Assembly (NCBI GenBank): GCA_965218695.1
Contig: OZ244651.1
Span: 864,001-928,000 of the forward strand
Length of the DNA: 64,000 nt
Reading direction: 5' to 3'
Source: Nitrosopumilus sp.
GTDB lineage: Archaea > Thermoproteota > Nitrososphaeria > Nitrososphaerales > Nitrosopumilaceae
Below, in pieces: positions 40,429-49,308 of this stretch. The position numbers and the translations under genes are program-made. Below the pieces are notes generated by a model, which was given only the letters and a program-made list of their open reading frames with translations, ran no database searches and was not told the origin of the DNA. The first letter of the stretch is position 1. Every line of letters starts with the position of its first letter.

Positions 40429-41954
40429 GTAAGTGTTCACGTCGTGCCTAATTCAGTTCACTCTTGGGTAAATTTTGTGCAAACCACAGATCCAAATAGG
40501 ATGGTAATCCAAACCCGATGTGAAAAGCCAGGCTGAACTCAAAAAGATGTACACGGATCTCAAGACTGAGAACATCAAGCTCAAGCAGACGATTGAGATG
40601 CAAGGGCAGATAATTGAGGAATTGAATCTGGCAGTTGCTGATCTTAAGCGCAGGCTGGTGCGGCATGACAATTACAACACCCCGTCATCACAAAAAAGGG
40701 GGCCCGGATGGCCTGACACAAAGGGAAAAGGCGACGAAAAGAATGCCTACAATAAATCCACAAAAGCCTCCCGGGATCAAAAGGACCGCGTGGATGCGGC
40801 CGGCAGCGGGAAGTCGCGCGGGGGGCAAAAAGGCCACATGGGCCGCACCCGCAAGCCAAAACCCACCGAGTTTGAGGAACACACCCCGGAGGCCTGCCCC
40901 GAATGCGGCTCGGGTAGCCTTTCCATAGTGCAGTCAGAAAAACGCGACATTACCAAGGTGGAGCGCACGATAAAGGTCATCACCACGCGCCACACCATAA
41001 ACACGTGTCGCTGCTCCTGCGGTCTGGTGGACATCAAGCCCGAGACCGGCCTTCCAGACAAGGGCAGCTACGATCCGAGCATAACGACTGATGTTGCAGA
41101 CGATTACGTGTGTCGCATGCCGTTTAGGATGATCGCAGACCGCATGTCGCGGTACGGAATTACACTCTCCTCGGGCACGGCGCACAACATAATGCGCAGG
41201 CTGGGAACGTCGCTGGGCGCCCCTGCGGCAGCCATTGCCGCCATGATACGCAAGGCCAAGATACTGCACGCCGACGAGACATCGATTCACCTAAACGGCC
41301 GCAACGTCTGGGTGTGGATACTGCACGATCCGCTGACCGGGCACGCGCTGTACGTGATACGGGACAGCCGGGGGGCAAAGGTTCTGAAAGAAGCGCTTGG
41401 GGGTTGGGACGGCACGTTAGTGTGCGACGGCTGGACGGCGTACGGAAAATACCGCGTCCAGCGCTGCTGGTCGCACATAATACGCGAGGCCAGGGACATC
41501 TGCAACCGCAATCCGGACTGCCCAGGCGCGCGCAACGTCCTGAAGCACCTGCGCATAATCTATGATTATGCCAGAAGGGCAAGCAGGAAACGCTCGCGCT
41601 CTCTCCGGGACAACGCGTCTGCCATGCTGACGTCATGCATCGAAAAGATCGTTGCAAGGTACGCCGACGATCCAATATTGGAAAAATTCATGGTCAAGAT
41701 CAGCAATGCTGGCAGCGACCTGTTCCGGTTCGTGCTGAACCCAAAGATCCCGCCTACAAACAATGCTGCAGAACGCGGGTTGCGCGAGATAGTCGTGCAC
41801 AGAAAAATACGGGGCAGCATAAGGGCAGAGGAGACGATGACGTGGATGGCGAATTTCTTTTCATGTGTAATGACATGGAAAAACAAGAAATTGGATTACT
41901 TGGCGGAGATTGCAAAATACGCCTAAAAATGAGTTAAACCACGTGAACACTTAC
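40429..41954 (+). mobile_element. IS66-family element, 1526 bp, nested in the ISH3-like element
   Basis: TIR GTAAGTGTTCACGT; 8-bp TSD CAAAAACG. Confidence 0.94.
40520..41926 (+). CDS. IS66-family transposase
   Basis: GGQKGH, CPECG, HADET, CDG, QRCWSH, TNNAAERGLR. Confidence 0.94.
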   Translation: MKSQAELKKMYTDLKTENIKLKQTIEMQGQIIEELNLAVADLKRRLVRHDNYNTPSSQKRGPGWPDTKGKGDEKNAYNKSTKASRDQKDRVDAAGSGKSRGGQKGHMGRTRKPKPTEFEEHTPEACPECGSGSLSIVQSEKRDITKVERTIKVITTRHTINTCRCSCGLVDIKPETGLPDKGSYDPSITTDVADDYVCRMPFRMIADRMSRYGITLSSGTAHNIMRRLGTSLGAPAAAIAAMIRKAKILHADETSIHLNGRNVWVWILHDPLTGHALYVIRDSRGAKVLKEALGGWDGTLVCDGWTAYGKYRVQRCWSHIIREARDICNRNPDCPGARNVLKHLRIIYDYARRASRKRSRSLRDNASAMLTSCIEKIVARYADDPILEKFMVKISNAGSDLFRFVLNPKIPPTNNAAERGLREIVVHRKIRGSIRAEETMTWMANFFSCVMTWKNKKLDYLAEIAKYA

Positions 41955-42437
41955 CAAAAACGGAACCACGTATTTTGAGCGTTACATGACAGTCCAGTGC
42001 GTAAACGACAAGATGCGCATGGTCCTTGCAGCATCATACCTCAAAAGGCTCGAATTCGTGCCTGATTACGTGGATGCAGTCCTCAAGACCATGGCAGGGA
42101 TGGGCATCAGGATCCGCCTGGCGCTGCTTGACCGGGAATTCTTCTCAGTCGACACGATAAGCAGGCTGCGGGCAAACGGCGTAAGGTACCTGATGCCGTG
42201 CAGGAACACGCCCAACGTGGTGGAAGCCCTGCAGGATTTTGCACAAGGAAAGAGGGAAAGGATCTCAACAAACGTGATTGAGAACAACCAGGGCTCCGTC
42301 GAATATTCCATGATAATAACTGAAAGAAAAAACGCCAAAGACCCTGATGTCCCGGAAGAGAAATACATCGGGTTTGCAACAAACCACCCCACAATCAAGA
42401 CGGAGGCTTATGCCAAAAGATGGGGAATAGAGACCGG

Positions 42438-43609
42438 AGACATAATCCGTAATTAGAAATTGTACATATTTTCCTATACTGTGTAGGTTTTTTGACTCCT
42501 ATCAGGTTGCTTCCCGGACTAGGAGAACCCTGAGGTTGGCAAATCCGCAGACGATGTCATTGACGGTGTCGTATTTTTTCAGGCGGTTTCGGTAGACACC
42601 GCTCATTATGCGAAACCGTTTGACCCTGCGGATGGCGTGCTCCACATACACCCGTGCCTTTGAGTGCTTTTTGTTGAATTCCTTCTGCTCGGGGGACAAT
42701 TCTGCGCCTTTTTGCTTCTTGTACGGCACTACTGCATCCCGGTCAGGAAATTCTTTGTTGATCCCCTGGTATCCGTTGTCCAGGATCTCTCTGACTTTGA
42801 TCCTTTCCTTGTCCTTGCTCCCGTCCTTGCGTGGAAGGTTGTCAGGGAATGTCGGGTGTTTCTTTTTGAATACTGCAAAGTCGTGGATCCTGCCCGGGGA
42901 ATGCCGGGTCTTGTGAATGATGAGGCCATCTGTGGCCGACGTGTACTGGATCTTGGACGTGTGCCTGTGTGCCTTGCCCGAGTAGTGGGACCGTTCCATG
43001 TCCTTGCGTCCGGGACGTTGTATCTGCTGCTCTGAGGCATCAATCAGGGCAGTCAGGCCCGGAATGATCTCCTCAAGATCGTCAAGCGTCTTGGTGGCCT
43101 TGATGTTGGCGTAGATCTTTGACGGAAGCGGAACGCACTGCCGGATCGACGGCTCCAGTGCCCCCATGCTGCGGGACACGCTAGCCTGGCCCATCTGAAA
43201 CACCATGGCAAGAAGATCCTGCGTAGCGTATGTCCTGTAATAAAACAGGACCAGAAGAAACCTGTTTTTCAGATCCAGTTTCCACCTGCGTCCGGCACCA
43301 ATGCCGCGCACCCTGCTTCTTTTGGCGAGTCGCTTTTGCTCTGCCTTGGGGTATTTTTTTGCCAGCCGCCCTGCCACCAAATTAAATTCGGAGACTGTCA
43401 GTCCAGTGCACCGGATGAACAGTTTGGGCTTTTTTGCTAATTTGTCGTATAATGACATGCTTTGACATTGGCAATCAGAATAAAACACGGCTGACGTATA
43501 GTTTTGATCATCGGGCAAGTTCGAATTGACATGCAATTCCATGCAGTCAGCCAGATTTGTCCTGCAATGCGTCCAATCTCGTGATTATGCCCAATTACGG
43601 ATGATGTCT
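42438..43609 (-). mobile_element. IS5-family (ISL2-like) element nested in the ISH3-like element
   Basis: TIR AGACATAATCCGTAATT / AATTACGGATGATGTCT; removing the 3-bp TSD CGG restores the host frame. Confidence 0.9.
42502..43542 (-). CDS. IS5-family transposase (HTH_Tnp_4 plus DDE_Tnp_4 type)
   Basis: IDASEQQIQRP, YSGK, HD, DNGYQG, RVYVEHAIRRVK; true start probably near 43458. Confidence 0.9.
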   Translation of the reverse strand: MELHVNSNLPDDQNYTSAVFYSDCQCQSMSLYDKLAKKPKLFIRCTGLTVSEFNLVAGRLAKKYPKAEQKRLAKRSRVRGIGAGRRWKLDLKNRFLLVLFYYRTYATQDLLAMVFQMGQASVSRSMGALEPSIRQCVPLPSKIYANIKATKTLDDLEEIIPGLTALIDASEQQIQRPGRKDMERSHYSGKAHRHTSKIQYTSATDGLIIHKTRHSPGRIHDFAVFKKKHPTFPDNLPRKDGSKDKERIKVREILDNGYQGINKEFPDRDAVVPYKKQKGAELSPEQKEFNKKHSKARVYVEHAIRRVKRFRIMSGVYRNRLKKYDTVNDIVCGFANLRVLLVREAT

Positions 43610-43978
43610 CGGGTACGGTAAAATCGAGGAGTGCAGGGCCAAGACGCGGATTTCGGACATGGAATCGCGGATGTTGTGTTTTTACTATTCCCTAACATTG
43701 TACAATGAATGGATAATCGTCAGGGCAATGCTTTCTGACGGTACCGAAAGGCAGAGTGTCATGACCATGCTCACGTTCAAGGTGCAGTTGGAATCACTCC
43801 TCATACGCCAGTCCAAACCGCCTACCTGATCTCAGATGAGGCACTTTTCGCTTAGCTGAACTATGGTTGTGTCCTAGAGACATAACCCCACAACCATCCG
43901 CCGTCGTCGCGTCGGTACAGGTATTCTTCGAATTCTTGGGATTGTGGCATTTTTCACATACCGCCAGCTTCAAATATT

Positions 43979-45505
43979 AGAAGCCATGCGTAATCCCTCC
44001 ATTTCGTTGGGTTAAACCAGAAAAACCCAGAAAATATTAAAAATTCTGATTTAATTCTCGCCATGTTAGCCATGTGGGGATCCTGTCCTGCCAGAAATAC
44101 AAAATAACGTGCGCAACCTTGCAGCACCACGATGTGCACGGAATTAATTGTTTGAAACGGCGCTGCCGGGGACGTTTGCCTCTTCCCAGTTTATTACCGG
44201 CCCCAGCGTGCTACCTGAAGGAGGTCCTTTCTTCATCTGGTTCCACACGAGGTCCAGGTTTACAAGCCCGGTTATTATGTTAAATTCCCTGTTAAAGTCG
44301 CCAATCTTTCCCTTGTATGGCGCGGTAAGCCGGCCGTACCGCTTCAGCCTGCCAATGGAGTGCTCTACCTTTACCCGGGCGGAATTGATTTTGTGGTTGT
44401 GTTCTTTTTCCTCCTTTGTAAAGCGCTTGTGGTTCTTGGTCTTCTTGTGCGGCTGCAGGGTGTTTGTACCGGGCATATCCTTTGCGATTCCCTTGTAACC
44501 GCGGTCAGTAAGGGTGTGGATCCTGTCCTCTTCGGGGGTGTTCTCGTCGCACATGCGGTCCCACCATTTTCCAAATGGCAGCGGGCTCTCCCTGAGCAGC
44601 GTGATGTCGTGGACGGATCCCACGGTGCTGCCGGATATGGCGACTATCACCCCGTTTTCATTTATGCAGACTGTGGTGTTGAGCGTGAATTTCTTCTTCT
44701 TGCCCGAATACATCATGCTCCTCATCTGTTTTTCGTCCGGCCTCTGTATGGGGCAGTGCGTGCCGTCGATCATCATGATGCCCCCGTCAGGTCCGGAAAT
44801 TATTTTTTTGAGATCCTCTTTTGTCTCCGTGTCTGCCATCTCCTTTGAGATGTTGGCAGCAGTGGGCAGCGCCACGTCAAGCACCTCGTCTAGTACATCG
44901 ATATACCGGGACACGGTTGCCTGGTCTATTCCAAAGAATGCCGCAAGCACGCCCTGCGTGGGATTGCCCTTTTTGTACATCAGTGACATGAGCAACGCGT
45001 GCCTTGGGTACAGCTTGCAGCGGTTCCCGGGATCCGATGCCCTCGTCTCGTCATTCCTGAAGAGTGGGGATTTGCCGCTTTGCCTTATCCACGCCTCGGC
45101 CCTGTCAAGTATGTATTGGAACTGTTCCCTGCACTTCAGCGTCGCGTCATGAAGCTTCTTCCCGACTCTGATGATGTCGTCAAGCACCTCCACGCGGTGC
45201 AACAGGGCGGGCTCTCCTGCGGCTCTAGATTCGGAACCGTCCCGTGTGCGCCACAGGCTTTGCTCGTGCCTGGCAGCTGCGTCCTGGCGCTTGATGTCAG
45301 CGTCCTGGCGCTTGATGTCAGCGTCCTGGCGCTTGATCATGTCTCTGAGAGCCTTATTCTCTTTTTGCAGGTCGCTTGTTTTCTGATTCGACAACAGTAT
45401 GAACCGGCATATTTTGGTTTTAATTGAATGGATCATAAATTTTTGACAGCAGGGCTAACATGTCAACGCGGAGTTTGAAAAAATTCTGGATTACGCATAT
45501 TTTCT
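43979..45505 (-). mobile_element. IS5-family (ISL2-like) element
   Basis: TIR AGAAGCCATGCGTAATCC / GGATTACGCATATTTTCT; ATT on both flanks. Confidence 0.88.
44144..45436 (-). CDS. IS5-family transposase with N-terminal heptad repeats
   Basis: IDGTHCPIQRP, YSGKKK, HD, DRGYKG, RVKVEHSIGRLK; IKRQDA repeated three times. Confidence 0.9.
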   Translation of the reverse strand: MIHSIKTKICRFILLSNQKTSDLQKENKALRDMIKRQDADIKRQDADIKRQDAAARHEQSLWRTRDGSESRAAGEPALLHRVEVLDDIIRVGKKLHDATLKCREQFQYILDRAEAWIRQSGKSPLFRNDETRASDPGNRCKLYPRHALLMSLMYKKGNPTQGVLAAFFGIDQATVSRYIDVLDEVLDVALPTAANISKEMADTETKEDLKKIISGPDGGIMMIDGTHCPIQRPDEKQMRSMMYSGKKKKFTLNTTVCINENGVIVAISGSTVGSVHDITLLRESPLPFGKWWDRMCDENTPEEDRIHTLTDRGYKGIAKDMPGTNTLQPHKKTKNHKRFTKEEKEHNHKINSARVKVEHSIGRLKRYGRLTAPYKGKIGDFNREFNIITGLVNLDLVWNQMKKGPPSGSTLGPVINWEEANVPGSAVSNN

Positions 45506-46072
45506 ATTCTGGCAAGAAGAAGAAATTCACGCTCAACACCACCGTGTGCATAAACGAAAACGGGGTGATAGTCGCCATATCCGGCAGCACCGTGGGATCC
45601 GTCCACGACATCACGCTGCTCAGGGAGAGCCCGCTGCCATTTGGAAAATGGTGGGACCGCATGTGCGACGAGAACACCCCCGAAGAGGACAGGGTCCACA
45701 CCCTTACTGACCGCGGCTACAAGGGAATTGCAAAGGATCTGCCCGGCACAAACACCCTGCAGCCGCACAAGAAGACCAAGAACCACAAGCGCTTTACAAA
45801 GGAGGAAAAAGAGCACAACCATAAAATCAACTCCGCCCGGGTAAAGGTGGAGCACTCCATCGGCAGGCTGAAGCGGTACGGCCGGCTTACCGCGCCATAC
45901 AAAGGAAAGATTGGCGACTTTAACAGGGAATTTAACATAATAGCCGGGCTTGTAAACCTGGACCTCGTGTGGAACTACCTGGAGAAGGGACCGCCTCCTT
46001 CAGGCGGCAATCTGGGGCCGGTGATAAACTGGGAACAGGCAAACGCCCCCGGCAGCGCCGTCTCAAACAATT

Positions 46073-47598
46073 GTAAGTGTTCACGTCGTGCCTAATTCAG
46101 TTCACTCTTGGGTAAATTTTGTGCAAACCACAGATCCAAATAGGATGGTAATCCAAACCCGATGTGAAAAGCCAGGCTGAACTCAAAAAGATGTACACGG
46201 ATCTCAAGACTGAGAACATCAAGCTCAAGCAGACGATTGAGATGCAAGGGCAGATAATTGAGGAATTGAATCTGGCAGTTGCTGATCTTAAGCGCAGGCT
46301 GGTGCGGCATGACAATTACAACACCCCGTCATCACAAAAAAGGGGGCCCGGATGGCCTGACACAAAGGGAAAAGGCGACGAAAAGAATGCCTACAATAAA
46401 TCCACAAAAGCCTCCCGGGATCAAAAGGACCGCGTGGATGCGGCCGGCAGCGGGAAGTCGCGCGGGGGGCAAAAAGGCCACATGGGCCGCACCCGCAAGC
46501 CAAAACCCACCGAGTTTGAGGAACACACCCCGGAGGCCTGCCCCGAATGCGGCTCGGGTAGCCTTTCCATAGTGCAGTCAGAAAAACGCGACATTACCAA
46601 GGTGGAGCGCACGATAAAGGTCATCACCACGCGCCACACCATAAACACGTGTCGCTGCTCCTGCGGTCTGGTGGACATCAAGCCCGAGACCGGCCTTCCA
46701 GACAAGGGCAGCTACGATCCGAGCATAACGACTGATGTTGCAGACGATTACGTGTGTCGCATGCCGTTTAGGATGATCGCAGACCGCATGTCGCGGTACG
46801 GAATTACACTCTCCTCGGGCACGGCGCACAACATAATGCGCAGGCTGGGAACGTCGCTGGGCGCCCCTGCGGCAGCCATTGCCGCCATGATACGCAAGGC
46901 CAAGATACTGCACGCCGACGAGACATCGATTCACCTAAACGGCCGCAACGTCTGGGTGTGGATACTGCACGATCCGCTGACCGGGCACGCGCTGTACGTG
47001 ATACGGGACAGCCGGGGGGCAAAGGTTCTGAAAGAAGCGCTTGGGGGTTGGGACGGCACGTTAGTGTGCGACGGCTGGACGGCGTACGGAAAATACCGCG
47101 TCCAGCGCTGCTGGTCGCACATAATACGCGAGGCCAGGGACATCTGCAACCGCAATCCGGACTGCCCAGGCGCGCGCAACGTCCTGAAGCACCTGCGCAT
47201 AATCTATGATTATGCCAGAAGGGCAAGCAGGAAACGCTCGCGCTCTCTCCGGGACAACGCGTCTGCCATGCTGACGTCATGCATCGAAAAGATCGTTGCA
47301 AGGTACGCCGACGATCCAATATTGGAAAAATTCATGGTCAAGATCAGCAATGCTGGCAGCGACCTGTTCCGGTTCGTGCTGAACCCAAAGATCCCGCCTA
47401 CAAACAATGCTGCAGAACGCGGGTTGCGCGAGATAGTCGTGCACAGAAAAATACGGGGCAGCATAAGGGCAGAGGAGACGATGACGTGGATGGCGAATTT
47501 CTTTTCATGTGTAATGACATGGAAAAACAAGAAATTGGATTACTTGGCGGAGATTGCAAAATACGCCTAAAAATGAGTTAAACCACGTGAACACTTAC
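46073..47598 (+). mobile_element. IS66-family element, second copy of 40429-41954
   Basis: Same TIRs and length; 8-bp TSD AAACAATT. Confidence 0.94.
46164..47570 (+). CDS. IS66-family transposase
   Basis: Protein identical to 40520-41926. Confidence 0.94.
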   Translation: MKSQAELKKMYTDLKTENIKLKQTIEMQGQIIEELNLAVADLKRRLVRHDNYNTPSSQKRGPGWPDTKGKGDEKNAYNKSTKASRDQKDRVDAAGSGKSRGGQKGHMGRTRKPKPTEFEEHTPEACPECGSGSLSIVQSEKRDITKVERTIKVITTRHTINTCRCSCGLVDIKPETGLPDKGSYDPSITTDVADDYVCRMPFRMIADRMSRYGITLSSGTAHNIMRRLGTSLGAPAAAIAAMIRKAKILHADETSIHLNGRNVWVWILHDPLTGHALYVIRDSRGAKVLKEALGGWDGTLVCDGWTAYGKYRVQRCWSHIIREARDICNRNPDCPGARNVLKHLRIIYDYARRASRKRSRSLRDNASAMLTSCIEKIVARYADDPILEKFMVKISNAGSDLFRFVLNPKIPPTNNAAERGLREIVVHRKIRGSIRAEETMTWMANFFSCVMTWKNKKLDYLAEIAKYA

Positions 47599-47773
47599 AA
47601 ACAATTAATCCCGTGCACATCGTGGTGCTGCAAGGCTGCGCACGTTATTTCGTATTTCGGGCAGGACAGGATCCCCACATGGCTAACATGGCGAGAATTA
47701 AATCAGAATTTTTAATATTTTCCGGAATTTTCCGGTTTAATCCAGCGAAATGGAAGGATTACGCATAGCTTCT

Positions 47774-48644
47774 ACTGGATCATGATCCAGTTGACCTTCC
47801 GGTTCGAATCTTTTTTCATCCTGCCGTGGTATGACGTGTCGCCTGACTGGTGCAGCGTCGGGCACATGCCCGCCCAGGATACGAACTTTTTCGGGTTCCC
47901 AAACCTACCGATGATGTCGATCTCCGCTGCCAGCAGCGCTGCAGAAAACATGTTCATTCCCGTCATACTCAGCAGCAGCTTCGGGGCGTGGGCGTCACGG
48001 ACGTAGCGCTTGATCTCGGCCTCGGTTCTTTTGATCTCGTCGTTGTAGTGCCGTATCTGTGATATGCAGCCGTCCAGCACGAACCTGTCCTGGGAATTCT
48101 TCAGGTCTGCCTCTTCAAGATACCTTAGGGTTTTTCCTCTCCAGACGCTGGTTCCGCCATTCTTTGGATTTATGTCGTATTTGTCCGTCAGCGTGTGCAC
48201 AAAGTTGATTACTTTTGTCCGGTCCTGCACCAGGGCCATCTGATACCTAAGGATCTGTTTCATTCCCCGGGATTCGGCCGAACCTATGTGGCAACTCGGA
48301 ATCAGGTCGGCTCGCAGCAGGTGGGCAAGCGTTCTTGCATCTATGATGTCATTCTTTATGCTGGCCCATGCGATTGCCTTGACCTTGAACGGATTAGCAA
48401 GCGTCAGCGGGACTCCAGCGGACTCAAAGGCATCGGCAGTCTTTATCCAGTGGTTTCCGGTGGATTCGCAGACTGCCCTGCACTGGCCGTATGTAGCCTT
48501 TACGTATGCTGCAAACTCTAATGCCTCTCGGGATGTGTTGTTGTACGACGACTCTTCCAGAATCGTTCCTTCATGTTTCATTACGCACGTTACACATTTT
48601 CTCTTTCCTATGTTGATTCCAATACTCTTTTCTATTTCTTTCAC
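47774..48644 (-). pseudogene. IS110-family recombinase, C-terminally truncated, first catalytic Asp replaced by Asn
   Basis: SIGINIGK (family GID), CESTG, KNDIIDA, GMCPTLHQSG; ATA where an ATG is expected after GGAGGTGA; cut by the IS5 end at 47773. Confidence 0.88.
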
Positions 48645-48808
48645 CTCCCTTTTTTTATGTGACAGGCTGGAAGCTGCAGACATCTATCAAGGCTCTAGAC
48701 CCAGTAACACAGCAGCTCGGATAGCCCCATTCACGAACCAGGTCTTTGTGACCATGTGCATTTAGGGGTCAGCCCGCCACATGTGGTGGGTGGGTGGGGT
48801 TATCATGT
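48645..48808 (-). ncRNA. Candidate IS110 bridge-RNA-like non-coding RNA
   Basis: About 165-nt non-coding end; stem GACCUGG/CUGGGUC encloses UUCGUGAAU, identical to the DNA flanking the element (48809-48817), an inner hairpin and a second loop strand. Confidence 0.62.
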
Positions 48809-48833
48809 ATTCACGAACTTTGGCGCGTTAGTA
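48809..48833 (+). mobile_element. Right-end remnant of an IS630-family element matching the left end at 35023
   Basis: Reverse complement TACTAACGCGCCAAAGTTCGT matches 35023-35043 at 17 of 21 positions in register; followed by TA. Confidence 0.7.
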
Positions 48834-48887
48834 TAGGTGGGCAACGACATGATTTTTGGATGCTGCGATTCTGAAACATTCTGTCAT

Positions 48888-49118
48888 TTAGAATCCAGTG
48901 GATACTCCCGGATAGTAATCAATGCCTGTCGGACTATACATGAACGCTATGTTTAGCACCAACTGCAGTGCCGTAAGACCAAGACCCAGATACAGGCATT
49001 TTTTTGCCTTTTGCGGATCATCACGTCTCAGTACAAAATATGCAATAATTCCTCCAAGCGCCCCGACTAATATTGGCAGCAAAAACCACCAGTTGCTTCG
49101 GGTTCTCTCCTCGTGCAT
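48888..49118 (-). CDS. Small hypothetical membrane protein
   Basis: WWFLLPIL...GGIIAYFVLRRDDPQKAKKCLYLG; two TM segments. Confidence 0.78.
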   Translation of the reverse strand: MHEERTRSNWWFLLPILVGALGGIIAYFVLRRDDPQKAKKCLYLGLGLTALQLVLNIAFMYSPTGIDYYPGVSTGF

Positions 49119-49308
49119 GATGCATGATGGGCATTTTTACTATTATTTCTTCTGTTGGCCTTTTGTTCCCGAATTTGTCCGGCATCCCCTGATCCTGCAA
49201 AAACCCTCTGTTACGTGGCCCTGCATGGCATTGCATAGACTGTTGTTGCACAGTCTGGCGCGGCACGGTATCTGGCAATATGACAGAAATGCCGAATTCC
49301 ATTCCGTG

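Larger units (their letters stand above)
39984..43829 (+). pseudogene. ISH3-like transposase in three pieces (39984-40428, 41963-42437, 43613-43829)
   Basis: Removing both nested ISs restores the frame: IAIDMH...KYKNGTTYF...LDREFF...YAKRWGIETGYG...SKPPT*. Confidence 0.88.
39903..43858 (+). mobile_element. ISH3-like (IS4 superfamily) element carrying two nested ISs
   Basis: TIR CAGCTAAGCGAAAtGTGC / GCACtTTTCGCTTAGCTG; 5-bp TSD AACTA. Confidence 0.88.
45506..47773 (+). mobile_element. 5'-truncated inverted paralog of the 43979-45505 IS5 element, with an IS66 inserted at its stop codon
   Basis: Starts abruptly at YSGKKKKF, highly similar but not identical to the neighbour; right TIR GGATTACGCATAGCTTCT ends at 47773. 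Confidence 0.85.
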
